From NCBI GenBank assembly GCA_050116035.1, contig JASFPJ010000003.1, forward strand, positions 1-41,746: a DNA stretch of 41,746 bases. Direction: 5' to 3'. The translations under genes were made by a program, and so were the position numbers. This stretch comes from Candidatus Aminicenantes bacterium. GTDB taxonomy: Bacteria > Acidobacteriota > Aminicenantia > Aminicenantales > Aminicenantaceae. This document shows positions 19,044-29,115 of this stretch, piece after piece (the stretch's first letter is position 1; every line of letters starts with the position of its first letter). The notes below the pieces were generated by a model. The model was not told where the DNA came from. It saw only the letters and a program-made list of their open reading frames with translations, and did no database searches.

Positions 19044-20129
19044 ATGAAAAACATCTACGTGCATCTTTCCGAGAGGCTGAAGGAAAAGACGCCTCTGGCT
19101 TTGGCAACGATCATCGATACTCAAGGCTCGACTCCTCAGGTGATAGGTGCATCAGCCTTGTTTTCGTCCAAAGGATTACTCGAGGGAACATTGGGAGGAG
19201 GACTTTTAGAAGCGGATGCCCAGAAGGAAGTTCTCGGAGCTCTCAAGGAAAAGACTTCCGGGCTCTTTCAGTTCAGCTTGAGAGATGACATATCCGAAGA
19301 AGGGGCCATCTGTGGAGGAGACGTCAGCATCCTTATCGATATTGCTCCCGGCAAATACAGAGAGGCCTTTCATGTGCTGAGTCGATCCCTTGAACAACGG
19401 AAACCTGGAATACTGGCCACATTCATCAGTGAGCTTCCGGAGCGAAAAGCATCTCTCCTAAGATTCTGGATAGAGAAAAAAGAGAAATATGATTCCGCAT
19501 TGGAAAAGCGTTTCTCCTTTTTCCAGGATGAAATTGACGGCGTATTTTTAAAAGGTCAACCCAAGCTCTTAAAAATAAAAGAAAGCATTTTTCCGGAGAA
19601 AGGCATTAATGACTTTCTTTTTTTGGACCCTGTTTTCCCCTTGCCTCAACTGGTGATTGCAGGCGCAGGGCATATCGGTCAAGCTCTCTCCCATTTGGGA
19701 AGTCTCTTGAGTTATGACGTAACTATTATTGACGATAGGCCGGAATTCGCGAGCAGGGAAAGGCTGCCCGATGCGGATCACATCGTCGTGAAAGACATCG
19801 GAAAAGCTATCCGGGATTTCCCCATATCTTCGGATACATTCATAGTGATTGTGACTCGTGGACACCGGCACGACGCTGAAGCTCTCCGGCAGTGCATTTC
19901 TTCTGATGCGGCATACATCGGGATGATCGGGAGCATCCGCAAGATTGAGATCATGCGGAAGAAATTTCTGGAAGAAGGGTGGGCCACGCTGCGTCAGTTT
20001 AACCGTGTTCATGCTCCGATCGGAGTCAATATCAACTCCAAAACAGTGGAGGAGATTGCCGTGAGTATCGCCGCGCAGCTCATTCAGGTGCGCAGTCAAA
20101 TCCAGGAAAAAGGAAAGGAGAAAAAATGA
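19044..20129 (+). CDS. xdhC: XdhC/CoxI family molybdenum hydroxylase accessory protein
   Basis: GSTP, GTLGGG, ICGG, AGAGHIG, VTRGH..D, YIGMIGS, HAPIG, EEIAVSI. Confidence 0.92.
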   Translation: MKNIYVHLSERLKEKTPLALATIIDTQGSTPQVIGASALFSSKGLLEGTLGGGLLEADAQKEVLGALKEKTSGLFQFSLRDDISEEGAICGGDVSILIDIAPGKYREAFHVLSRSLEQRKPGILATFISELPERKASLLRFWIEKKEKYDSALEKRFSFFQDEIDGVFLKGQPKLLKIKESIFPEKGINDFLFLDPVFPLPQLVIAGAGHIGQALSHLGSLLSYDVTIIDDRPEFASRERLPDADHIVVKDIGKAIRDFPISSDTFIVIVTRGHRHDAEALRQCISSDAAYIGMIGSIRKIEIMRKKFLEEGWATLRQFNRVHAPIGVNINSKTVEEIAVSIAAQLIQVRSQIQEKGKEKK

Positions 20130-20713
20130 TCTGGGCAATGATATTGGCCGCAGGAGAATCCAGGAGAATGGGTCAACCCAAACTCCTTCTTCCATTTGGA
20201 GAAAAAACCATAATCGAGATAGTTGTCGAAAAAGTCGTCTCATCCAAAGTTAATAACACTCTGGTGGTTCTGGGCTCTGAACGAGAGAAGGTCGAAAAGA
20301 AGATTAAGAATTTTCCTATCAAAGTGGCCTTTAACCCTGACTACCACAGCGGAATGCTTTCTTCTGTCCAGTGTGGGATCAAAACACTTCCCGAAGATAC
20401 CCAGGCTGCAGTGGTCGTGCTGGGTGACCAACCTTCCGTGTCGAAAGATGTCATAGATAAAATTGTTGATGCTTATCTGGAAACAGGGAAAGGCATTGTC
20501 CTGCCTGTCTATGAAAAAGAACGGGGCCATCCTGTGATCATCGATATGAAGTATAAAAACGAAGTCGAAAATTTGAGCCCGGATATCGGCCTTCGCGGCA
20601 CTGTCTACAGCCATCCGGAGGATATACTGGAAGTGGATGTGGATACACCGAACATACTCCAGGATATCGATGATGAAGCGGATTACAAGAGAGAATTAAA
20701 GAAGAAGAAATAG
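20126..20713 (+). CDS. mocA: Molybdenum cofactor cytidylyltransferase
   Basis: ILAAGESRRMGQPKLLL, GMLSS, LGDQP, GHPV, DID; coupled to xdhC. Confidence 0.9.
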   Translation: MIWAMILAAGESRRMGQPKLLLPFGEKTIIEIVVEKVVSSKVNNTLVVLGSEREKVEKKIKNFPIKVAFNPDYHSGMLSSVQCGIKTLPEDTQAAVVVLGDQPSVSKDVIDKIVDAYLETGKGIVLPVYEKERGHPVIIDMKYKNEVENLSPDIGLRGTVYSHPEDILEVDVDTPNILQDIDDEADYKRELKKKK

Positions 20714-20880
20714 CCAGCAGGAGGCCTGGTTGCTGTTATAAAGGAAAATATCCTTTTTTGCATTCATTTTATAGAAGTGGGATCCTGTCTTTCTTTTTTG
20801 CAGAAAGAGCTAATCCCTTTCTCCCCAAAAAAGATTTTTTTTCTTCAGGTTTAAAAATGAGTTTTTGGACGCTTGGAGTA

Positions 20881-22158
20881 TCAATAGTGATACCCATCGC
20901 CGAAGCGTGGATTGACCACGTTGCTGAAGACAGATCCGAAGCGATAGCTCAGCCCTATTTCGATCGAAGAACGGTAGGCTGAAGCGAGTTCCCTTCGGCG
21001 CAGCAGTATCTCTTCCAGTGTGGCTTCTCCTAGGGGAAGGGAGAGCTGATCATGTACGGCCGAATATCTTCCTTCTAAATCCAACGAAAGCCCTTTATAA
21101 ATTCGCAGGGATAACTCACCGGATATAACCAGCCTTTTCTTGTTTAAGTCATGGAAATAATGGGAGCCTTCCATTGAGAATTCAGCGGTTCCCCAGGGTT
21201 CATTCAGCTCCAGTGTGACAGAGAGAGATTCATTCCATAGGTTTTCTGAGGTTTTGCCGTATAAAGTTTCTTCCCGGTAGCGGTAAGAGCCAAATCCGAT
21301 TTTATACAGAGCGCGGAGCTGTCTTCTCGTCGATTGAGAGTACGGAAAAAAGTTGTATTCGATAGCCGGGTGAATGGTGTAAGAAAAGTCTATGTTCCTG
21401 TATGTGGAAGAGGAGAGAGAAACCCAGCCTCCTATGGACCAGTGCTCGCTGATGCTTTTAACATACAGCGCATCAAAATCTCGACTCTCGGAAATACTGG
21501 TGATTGTCTCTCCATCGACATCATATCTGTCCTTCTCGTAGTCGATATCCAGCCCCATCCTTAATTTGGAGGCGAGTGTAATCCGGTTGGCAGAAAAATT
21601 GGCCGATAGCTCTGTCGATTTTCGCTGCTCTTCTCCGCTTAAATCGCTATTTAAACTGACGTTGAACACCCAGAAATTCCACTTATCTTCCACATCCGTC
21701 GGCTTGACTTCCTGTTTGAGCAAAAGTGAGAGTCCTTGAGCCATGGGTGTGCGGGCCACGTAAGGACCGAGCCCTAATTTTAAGGTCTGCACCAATCCCT
21801 TCCGGACTTCATCATCTGTCTCTGTGGGGTTGGAAAAGTATTTCAGTGTATTCTGTAAGTCTGAATAGTCCTTTTGGCCGATAAAAGCAACAGTGTATTC
21901 CCTTCCACCACTTCCGGTCCTTTGGAGCGTGATAAGCAGATGGATGTCTGCTTCTTGCCTGTCCCAGACGTAATTCACGAACGTAATCTCGGTTCTGATA
22001 TAATCGATGTCGCAGCGGTCGCAGTCGATAAAAACTTTCGGAGCACTCTTTTTTAATTCTTCGATGTCGAATGCTTCTTCCTGAGAGTATGAATTCGAAG
22101 GCATAAAAACAATAATTATTAAGAGGGAAAACGAGAGAGAGATGAATTTTTTCAACAT
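20881..22158 (-). CDS. Outer-membrane beta-barrel protein with N-terminal CxxC domain
   Basis: Signal peptide; VFIDCDRCD; many amphipathic strands; end LSYRFGS..NVVNPRF. Confidence 0.7.
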   Translation of the reverse strand: MLKKFISLSFSLLIIIVFMPSNSYSQEEAFDIEELKKSAPKVFIDCDRCDIDYIRTEITFVNYVWDRQEADIHLLITLQRTGSGGREYTVAFIGQKDYSDLQNTLKYFSNPTETDDEVRKGLVQTLKLGLGPYVARTPMAQGLSLLLKQEVKPTDVEDKWNFWVFNVSLNSDLSGEEQRKSTELSANFSANRITLASKLRMGLDIDYEKDRYDVDGETITSISESRDFDALYVKSISEHWSIGGWVSLSSSTYRNIDFSYTIHPAIEYNFFPYSQSTRRQLRALYKIGFGSYRYREETLYGKTSENLWNESLSVTLELNEPWGTAEFSMEGSHYFHDLNKKRLVISGELSLRIYKGLSLDLEGRYSAVHDQLSLPLGEATLEEILLRRRELASAYRSSIEIGLSYRFGSVFSNVVNPRFGDGYHY

Positions 22159-22454
22159 TTTAGATTTCCTTTCAGGATGGTAAATTTTTTGATTCGGACG
22201 GATGCTGTGACTATCAGTATTCCAATATTTTGGTTTGAAAACATCACTTTTTGGACGTGGAGAATTTTTTTTCTTCCAAAAAATTTTGGATTAAAGGCTT
22301 TAAAATAATTATTTTTAATCGTGAAAACAAATGATTTTACTTTAATAGCTTTGAAAAAGTACATCGTTTGATTGAAAAGCTTTGGTAAGGCCGTGGTTAT
22401 CCGCATGAACGCTTGATCATAGGGTGTGGATGAAAAAACAATCCTGTGATGATT

Positions 22455-24617
22455 TTACTTGCGACTCATCGCCTCATTGATGCGTTCAGGAGTCATCGGG
22501 AGCTGGAACAGCCTGGCGCCGCAAGCGTCGAAAATCGCGTTAGCGATCACGCCGCCCATACAGATGATAGCAGGTTCTCCGCCTCCCTGAGGAGAGGAAT
22601 CCTTAGCGTCAATCAGGACTGTTTCGATCTTCGGTAGCCAGGAGAAGCGGGGGATTTCATAGGTATCAAAATTGAGGTCGAGGATTTGTCCGCCTTTGAA
22701 ATGGACCTCTTCAGTCAGAGCATAACCCAATCCCATGGTGATACAACCTTCCATCTGCATTTTTGCTCCCTTAGGATTGATGGATAACCCCATGTCTTGA
22801 GCGCAAACGACTCGCTTCACCTGGACAGTTCCTTTATTCTTGTCGACTTCAACTTCGGCGATATGAGCCACATAAGTTCCTGCATCGATACCGCAGGAGA
22901 TCCCATACCCGCGGCCGCTGGGTGATTTTGCCGGCTTCCAGCCGAATTTATCTGCCGCAGCGACAAGAACTCTTCGCATCCTTTTGTCCGTTAGATTCCG
23001 CAGCCGGAATTCGAGTGGGTCTATCCCTGCTTTTGAAGCCATGATGTCTATTTGTGTTTCTCGCGCAAAAGTGTTGGTGTTATTGGACGGCGCTCTCCAG
23101 GCGCCTGTAGCGAAGGGATGGGAGCCCGGAGTGCCTCTCCAGCCTCCTCCGGTGGACGCTGTCTGGTGATGGGGGATATCATAGAAGTGCTGAGCGCCTC
23201 TCTCGCCGGCAAAATAGACCGTATAATCCCAGAGTACGATTTTTCCTGTGTTTTTAATCCCGGATTTTATTTTCACGACCGCAGCCGGACGGAAAGTATC
23301 GTAGAAGAATTCTTCCGCACGGCTCCAGGCGACCTGGACAGGTTTTCCTATTAATTTGGTTAAGCGGGCCGCTTCCACTGCCTGCCGGTTACTTGTTTTT
23401 CCGCCGAATCCTCCTCCGACAAATGGTGGAATAACACGGATATTTTTTGAAGGAAGGTTTAGCTCTCGAGCTATCTCTGTCTGAAGGGGGAATGGTGTTT
23501 GAGTGGAGGCCCAAACAGTGATTTTGTCGCCTTCGATACTGGCTGTGGCTGTATGGGGTTCTATCGGGGCGTGGGCGACATAGCTGTTCAGGTAGGTTTC
23601 CTCGAATAATACTTCAGAGAGTTCTTCACCTGTCTTGAGGTTTCCTCCCTCTGAGACCGTTTCCACTTCTTGGGCGACTCTAAGGAGGTGGTCGAAGATA
23701 GTTTTATCGTCCACTTTGGCTTCTGGGATTTCATACTGGGCTTTGATTTTTGCCACTACTTTTTCAGCCTCATCAGGCTGCTGATGAAGGACCGCGATCA
23801 ATTCACCCTCCTTGACCACCTGAACACCCTTTATTTTTTCAGCTTCTGAAGTATCAACATTTTTTAATTGTGCACCGTGTGCCGGAGGTCTCAAGATTCT
23901 TGCATACAGCATGCCGGGTAAACGGATGTCTCCGGCAAACAACGCCTTACCCGTGACTTTTTCAGGCGAGTCGGTCCGTGTGGCAGGCTTGTTCACAATC
24001 GTGAATTCTGAGACAGGTTCGACTGCGGGTTTTTTATCTAATTTTCTTGCGATCTTTTTTCCTTGGGTGAGCTGGGCATAGGTCACTTGATTATTCCTTT
24101 GAGTCTTATCAAATATGACTCCCTCTTTTGTTTCCAGCTGAGCTACAGGAACCTGGAGATGTTCAGATGCCAGCTCTTTGAGGACAGCTTTAGCTTCTGC
24201 AGCTGCTTCTCTGAGAGGAGGGCCGAAGAAGCGGGTGGTCATAGACCCGAATGTCCCCATATCCCATGGACAAAGGTCAGTGTCTCCCATAACCATGTCC
24301 ACTGAATCCAGGCGGATATCAAGCTCATCAGCCAGCATTTGAGCGAGAGATGTGATAACACCCTGGCCCATCTCGATTTTTCCAGTGAAGCACGAAACTC
24401 TTCCGTCCTCTTTGATGCGGAGAAAAGCGTTGAAATCTTCGGGTAGCCGAGGGCGGAAACCTCTGCGGCGGGCTTCTTGAAAGAAAGCCTCGGCATCTCC
24501 CATGGTGAAAAGTATAGTGATTCCTCCGCCCAAAAGTTTGAGGAATTCCCGTCGGTCAAGCGGAAAGGAGGGGGTAATATCTTTAAAATCAAGGTCGAGA
24601 AGATCGTCTTTTTTCAT
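22455..24617 (-). CDS. Molybdopterin-binding subunit, IorB-like, with Tat motif
   Basis: DRREFLK, EMGQG, MGTFGS, GGGFGGK, WRAP, QMEG, GGGEP. Confidence 0.9.
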   Translation of the reverse strand: MKKDDLLDLDFKDITPSFPLDRREFLKLLGGGITILFTMGDAEAFFQEARRRGFRPRLPEDFNAFLRIKEDGRVSCFTGKIEMGQGVITSLAQMLADELDIRLDSVDMVMGDTDLCPWDMGTFGSMTTRFFGPPLREAAAEAKAVLKELASEHLQVPVAQLETKEGVIFDKTQRNNQVTYAQLTQGKKIARKLDKKPAVEPVSEFTIVNKPATRTDSPEKVTGKALFAGDIRLPGMLYARILRPPAHGAQLKNVDTSEAEKIKGVQVVKEGELIAVLHQQPDEAEKVVAKIKAQYEIPEAKVDDKTIFDHLLRVAQEVETVSEGGNLKTGEELSEVLFEETYLNSYVAHAPIEPHTATASIEGDKITVWASTQTPFPLQTEIARELNLPSKNIRVIPPFVGGGFGGKTSNRQAVEAARLTKLIGKPVQVAWSRAEEFFYDTFRPAAVVKIKSGIKNTGKIVLWDYTVYFAGERGAQHFYDIPHHQTASTGGGWRGTPGSHPFATGAWRAPSNNTNTFARETQIDIMASKAGIDPLEFRLRNLTDKRMRRVLVAAADKFGWKPAKSPSGRGYGISCGIDAGTYVAHIAEVEVDKNKGTVQVKRVVCAQDMGLSINPKGAKMQMEGCITMGLGYALTEEVHFKGGQILDLNFDTYEIPRFSWLPKIETVLIDAKDSSPQGGGEPAIICMGGVIANAIFDACGARLFQLPMTPERINEAMSRK

Positions 24618-25093
24618 CTTTTCCCTCCTTTCATCTCTTTAGCGGCGGTCTGGATGGCTTGGACGATCCGTGTGTGCGACCCACAGCGACACAGGTTTTC
24701 ATCCATTCTCTGGATGATTTCTTTTCGGGTCGGGCGAGGATTTCTGAGCAGCAGGCTGTACGCCTGGAGAATCATCCCAGGAGTACAGAAGCCGCACTGA
24801 AGAGCGTCGTGTTGGATGAATGCTTTTTGTAAGGGATGAAGGTTTCCGTTTTTGGCCAAGCCTTCGATCGTGAGGACTTCTTTTCCTTTAACGTTTTTGA
24901 GTGGGAACTGGCAGGAACGAACAGCCTCCTTGTCGACCAATACAGTGCAGGCACCGCAAAAGCCCTCGCCGCATCCGTACTTGGCTCCTATCAGACCCAA
25001 ATCCGAGCGAATCGCCCAGAGGAGCATTCGATCTCCATCCGTAGTCAAGCGGATAGTCTTTTCGTTGAGCTTGAATTGAATAACTTCATTCAT
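24614..25093 (-). CDS. 2x[2Fe-2S] subunit, IorA/CoxS-like
   Basis: GCGEGFCGACT, QCGFCTPG, NLCRCG. Confidence 0.92.
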   Translation of the reverse strand: MNEVIQFKLNEKTIRLTTDGDRMLLWAIRSDLGLIGAKYGCGEGFCGACTVLVDKEAVRSCQFPLKNVKGKEVLTIEGLAKNGNLHPLQKAFIQHDALQCGFCTPGMILQAYSLLLRNPRPTRKEIIQRMDENLCRCGSHTRIVQAIQTAAKEMKGGKR

Positions 25094-25202
25094 CGGGCTT
25101 CCCCTGTTTTTTCATTTATTGGAGCATAACTTGAATTATATTTATTTTGATCAGGTTTGATTTTCAAACCCTTAGGCATCTCAGCTCTTATGGGTACAAA
25201 AC

Positions 25203-26174
25203 TTATACAAGAGAAGAGACGGCTCGGCTGAGGGCTGTTGCGACGAGTTCTTTTTTGTATTCGTTTTCCGCCAAAGGTTGAGCATCTGCTAAAGCCTGTG
25301 TGGCAGCTTGCCTTACAGAATTGGGTTTGACCTTTCTCCCCCTGATCAAGGCTTCTGCCTTTTCCAGCCTCCAGGGAACTGGAGCGACTCCTCCCAGAAC
25401 AATCTTGATATTATTGAAAATTCCTCCGGAAGCCGTGCCTTTCACCGCTACCGAAACAATCGCAAAGTCCCATGTTCCTCTTTCTTTAAGCTTGATGTAG
25501 GTGCTTTTTTCTCCTCTTTTGGCCGGAGGGAGTGTGATTTCTTTCACGACTTCATTCGGAGCCAGAATGTTTTCCCTGCGCACATTGACAGAAGGGAGGG
25601 TGAAAAAATCAGCGAGAGGAATGGTTTTATCCTTTTTCGGGGCACTGATAGTGACTTTTGCATCCAGGCAGATGAGGGCAGGAGCTAAATCAGAGGGATG
25701 GACGATGTAGCAGATTCTTCCGCCCAGGATGGCATGGTATTTATTCCTCCCGGTGGAAGCGAAACACCGGCTTCCTCCTTTTTTCCGGCAGATTATTTGA
25801 GGATCACGGTAGTACCAGCATCGAGGTCGCTGACAGAGGTTCCCTCCGACTGTCCCTACGTTTCTGAGTTGAGGAGTCGCCACAGAAAGGGCAGCTTCAT
25901 GGAGTGCTGGATACTCATTTTTGATTTGAGTATTTTCAGCCAATTCGGCCATGCTTGTTAGCGCTCCGATTCTGGTGCCGCTTCTGTCTTTTTTGATGTA
26001 AGAAAGTCCAGAGATATTGTTGAGGTCGACGACAATTTCAGGCTCAATGATTTCATCCTTGAGCTCTCCCAAGAGATCTGTTCCTCCGGCCATCAGACAA
26101 TACGTTCTCTCTTCAGAGGAGAGGGAAGTCACCTGGTCAATGGTCTGGGGCTCGGCTATCTTGAATTGTTTCAT
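25203..26174 (-). CDS. FAD-binding subunit with [4Fe-4S] insert, PaoB/YagS-like
   Basis: AGGTDL, TPQLRNVGTVGGNLCQRPRCWYYR...C.KKGG..C. Confidence 0.9.
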   Translation of the reverse strand: MKQFKIAEPQTIDQVTSLSSEERTYCLMAGGTDLLGELKDEIIEPEIVVDLNNISGLSYIKKDRSGTRIGALTSMAELAENTQIKNEYPALHEAALSVATPQLRNVGTVGGNLCQRPRCWYYRDPQIICRKKGGSRCFASTGRNKYHAILGGRICYIVHPSDLAPALICLDAKVTISAPKKDKTIPLADFFTLPSVNVRRENILAPNEVVKEITLPPAKRGEKSTYIKLKERGTWDFAIVSVAVKGTASGGIFNNIKIVLGGVAPVPWRLEKAEALIRGRKVKPNSVRQAATQALADAQPLAENEYKKELVATALSRAVSSLV

Positions 26175-28450
26175 TGTCCTTCACCTCCTCCTGTTTTCAG
26201 GGCTTCAAGTACTTTATCAGGAGTCATCGGGATTTCTCTCACATGAACGCCGATAGCGTTATAGACTGCGTTGGCGATGGCCCCCGATATCGGAATCCGT
26301 GGTGGTTCTCCGAGTCCCTTGGTCCCGAGGATGTTAATGTGAGGATCAATCGAATCCGCGAAGAGTGGAATGATTTCCGGCATATCGAGTGAAGTGGCGA
26401 TTTTGTAATCTCTCCAGTTCCGGTTGACGACATTCCCCGTGTTGTTGTCCACAATCCTTCCTTCAAACAGGGCGGCGCTAATCCCCTGAGTGACTCCACC
26501 GATGACCTGGCTTTCGGCTGTCTGTGTGTTGAGGATTCTTCCGCTCTCATGAGCGGCGACGACTCTAAGAACTTTGATCTGGCCTGTATCCGTGTCGACC
26601 TCGACCTCGGCGAAGTGGGCTGAGAAGGTATTGTATGCATATTCGGAAGGACGGCCGCCGCATTCTCCGCGAAAAACAGCTTCCCGGCGGAGTTCTCTGA
26701 GAAGTTCATTAAACGGAATTGATTTTTTGGGATCACTTTTGGCGAAAAATTTTCCCTCTTCACTCCTGACTTCCTCAGATTTGACTTTCAGCTTGTCCGC
26801 AGCAAGATTTTTGAGAAAATCTGCTGCCTTCAAAGCAGCGTCTCTGACTGCTGGAGCCACAGAAGGAGTGGTGGTGCTTCCTCCTGATGAGCCGCACCAG
26901 GGATACTCCGTGCTCCCAAGTTTTACTGTGATGTCTTGGGGCTTCAGGCCCAAGGTCTCGGCTGTGACCATCGCCATGTAGGTCCTGGTACCGCAGCCGA
27001 TGTCCTGGGTGCCGCATACGGCTTCAACGCTTCCATCTCTGTGGAGTTTGATGTCCGCAAGGGTTGGCGGTCTTCCCGTTCCCCACCATATCTGGCTGGC
27101 CATTCCGAGTCCTCGTTTGACTGTCCTGTTTCCCTGTCCCGGCTTCTTGTTTCTTCTCTTCCATCCGATCTTTTCCGCTCCCAATGTGTAGCACTGATCC
27201 AATCCTTTTGAGGAATAGGGGATCCCGGTGTCTCCCTGATTTTTTGTTGAGTAGTTTTTCTTCCGCAGCTCCAATGGATCCATGTTGATCTCGTTGGCCA
27301 GCTCGTCCAGGAATCCTTCCAGGGCAAAGGTTCCCTGGACATGTCCGGGAGCTCGTGTGGGCCGCGATGCTCCGGTGTTGGTGTAGACAGTATACTCTTC
27401 CACCTTCAGGTTAGGACACTTGTACACATCGATTATGGGCTCTGCGCATCTGTCGCCTCTTCCGATTCCTCCCGAGGTGTAGTTTTTCAGATAAAGAGCT
27501 GTCAGTGTGCCATCCTTTTTGACTCCTCCCCTTAGGGTTTGGAGGCTCGAGGGACGGTTTCCTACGCACAGAGAATTTTCCTCTCTGGAAAGGATGACCT
27601 TTACGGGTTTTTTGGCTTCCCGTGCCAGGAGGGCAGCGGCAACCGTGTAATCGTTGATTCCTAGTTTGCTTCCGAATCCTCCGCCCATGTACTTTTTTAT
27701 GACTTTTATCCGGCTTGCAGGGACTTTCAGCCAGTAGGCGAGTCCGTCTCTCACGCCGAAGATTGCTTGGGTGGAATCCCAGACAGTGAGCCTGTCTCCC
27801 TCCCATCTGGCCACACTGCCGTGGGTTTCAGCGGGATGGTGGATTTCCACTGCGGTTTTGTAGGTTCGCTCGATGACGACATCCGCTTCATTGAATCCTT
27901 TTTCGATATCGCCGCGGTTATAATCATTAAACGGCTTGCTGGGGACATTCGCTCTGTCCCTGTCCCCATGGACTTGAGGGGCTCCTTCTTCCATGGCTTT
28001 TTCCACTGTGACTGCGAAGGGGAGGGGATTGTATTTGACTTCGATCAATTTTAAAGCTTCCGCGGCTGTTTTCTCGTCTTTTGCGGCTACGGCTGCAACC
28101 TGTTCTCCTACGTACTTCACCCGACCTTCTTTGAGCTGAAGCGCGGCTTTAACTCCCGGAAGGTTTTGTGCCTTGCTCAGGTCTATGGATACAATATCTG
28201 CACAAGCGTGTGGAGATCTCAGTATTTTTCCGCAGAGCATCCCTCTGAGTTTGATATCATGAGTATAGGGAGCTCGGCCGGTCACGATTCTTTTCCCATC
28301 GATTCGGGGCGTGGATTGACCGATTATTTCGAATTTGTCTTTTGTGGGCTCAGGGGGCTTTCCGGGCCTTGCCGTTTTTTTATCTCTGTATTCTTCATAG
28401 TAAAGGAGGGTGGAGTCTTCGGGCTCAATAAAATATTCTTTTTTCTTCAT
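26171..28450 (-). CDS. Molybdopterin-binding large subunit, xanthine oxidase family (PaoC/YagR-like)
   Basis: VTGRA.Y, LRSPHA, GGGFGSK, RAPG, DIGCG, SGGS, KGLGEPP (catalytic Glu). Confidence 0.92.
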   Translation of the reverse strand: MKKKEYFIEPEDSTLLYYEEYRDKKTARPGKPPEPTKDKFEIIGQSTPRIDGKRIVTGRAPYTHDIKLRGMLCGKILRSPHACADIVSIDLSKAQNLPGVKAALQLKEGRVKYVGEQVAAVAAKDEKTAAEALKLIEVKYNPLPFAVTVEKAMEEGAPQVHGDRDRANVPSKPFNDYNRGDIEKGFNEADVVIERTYKTAVEIHHPAETHGSVARWEGDRLTVWDSTQAIFGVRDGLAYWLKVPASRIKVIKKYMGGGFGSKLGINDYTVAAALLAREAKKPVKVILSREENSLCVGNRPSSLQTLRGGVKKDGTLTALYLKNYTSGGIGRGDRCAEPIIDVYKCPNLKVEEYTVYTNTGASRPTRAPGHVQGTFALEGFLDELANEINMDPLELRKKNYSTKNQGDTGIPYSSKGLDQCYTLGAEKIGWKRRNKKPGQGNRTVKRGLGMASQIWWGTGRPPTLADIKLHRDGSVEAVCGTQDIGCGTRTYMAMVTAETLGLKPQDITVKLGSTEYPWCGSSGGSTTTPSVAPAVRDAALKAADFLKNLAADKLKVKSEEVRSEEGKFFAKSDPKKSIPFNELLRELRREAVFRGECGGRPSEYAYNTFSAHFAEVEVDTDTGQIKVLRVVAAHESGRILNTQTAESQVIGGVTQGISAALFEGRIVDNNTGNVVNRNWRDYKIATSLDMPEIIPLFADSIDPHINILGTKGLGEPPRIPISGAIANAVYNAIGVHVREIPMTPDKVLEALKTGGGEGQ

Positions 28451-29080
28451 TTAGGGCCTCCTCATGTTTTTTGAAGCGGCAGAGACAGCATCATAAATCT
28501 TGACGTAATTCCCACACCGGCAGATGTTGCCGGATAATGCTTTTTTGATGTCTTCTCTGTTCGGGTTTTTGTTAGAGTTGAGGTAAGCCACAGAGGTCAT
28601 GATGAATCCGGGTGTGCAGAATCCACACTGGTAAGCATCCCTATCGATGAAAGCCTGTTGGACAGGATGAAGCTTTCCATTGGTGGCCAGCCCTTCGATG
28701 GTAGTAATTTTTGTACCGTCCGCTCTTATGGCAAAATACATGCAGGAGTACACTGGTTTTCCGTCTATGAGGACCGTGCATCCTCCACATTCTCCCTGGC
28801 CACATGTTTTTTTTGTCCCAGTCAGGTTCAGTCTCTCTCTTAAGACATGAAGAAGGGTCTCTCCTGGCTCAACAACCAGAGTCAACTTTTTTCCGTTGAC
28901 AGTGATAGTGATCTGTTTCTGAGAAAGAAGAGGGATTTTTCCTTCTTTAGTCTGGATAGCGATCTTATCTTTTGCCAGGAGCGACGGAGTCACTGCTGCA
29001 CCTATCGCTCCACCTCCGAATCCTTTCAGGAAATCCCTTCTGGTGAAAGTCTTTCTTTTTTTCTTTTTAGGATTTTCCAA
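28451..29080 (-). CDS. 2x[2Fe-2S] subunit with Tat signal, PaoA/YagT-like
   Basis: TRRDFLK twin-arginine motif; CGQGECGGC, QCGFC, ICRCG; TTG start after AAGGAG. Confidence 0.92.
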   Translation of the reverse strand: MENPKKKKRKTFTRRDFLKGFGGGAIGAAVTPSLLAKDKIAIQTKEGKIPLLSQKQITITVNGKKLTLVVEPGETLLHVLRERLNLTGTKKTCGQGECGGCTVLIDGKPVYSCMYFAIRADGTKITTIEGLATNGKLHPVQQAFIDRDAYQCGFCTPGFIMTSVAYLNSNKNPNREDIKKALSGNICRCGNYVKIYDAVSAASKNMRRP

Positions 29081-29115
29081 TTTCTTTCTCCTTATTTGGG
29101 TCAGGTGGAGTGGCT

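Noticed and set aside
19569-20243. Long antisense and alternative-frame ORFs (this one, 2183-2707, 26239-26763, 40429-40917 and others)
   Set aside because: They overlap well-supported genes and carry no recognisable motifs.
25203-29080. 4-hydroxybenzoyl-CoA reductase (HcrCAB), suggested by the 4Fe-4S FAD subunit and nearby bzd genes
   Set aside because: The Tat signal on the small subunit implies export, which does not fit a CoA-ester substrate; PaoABC-like fits better.
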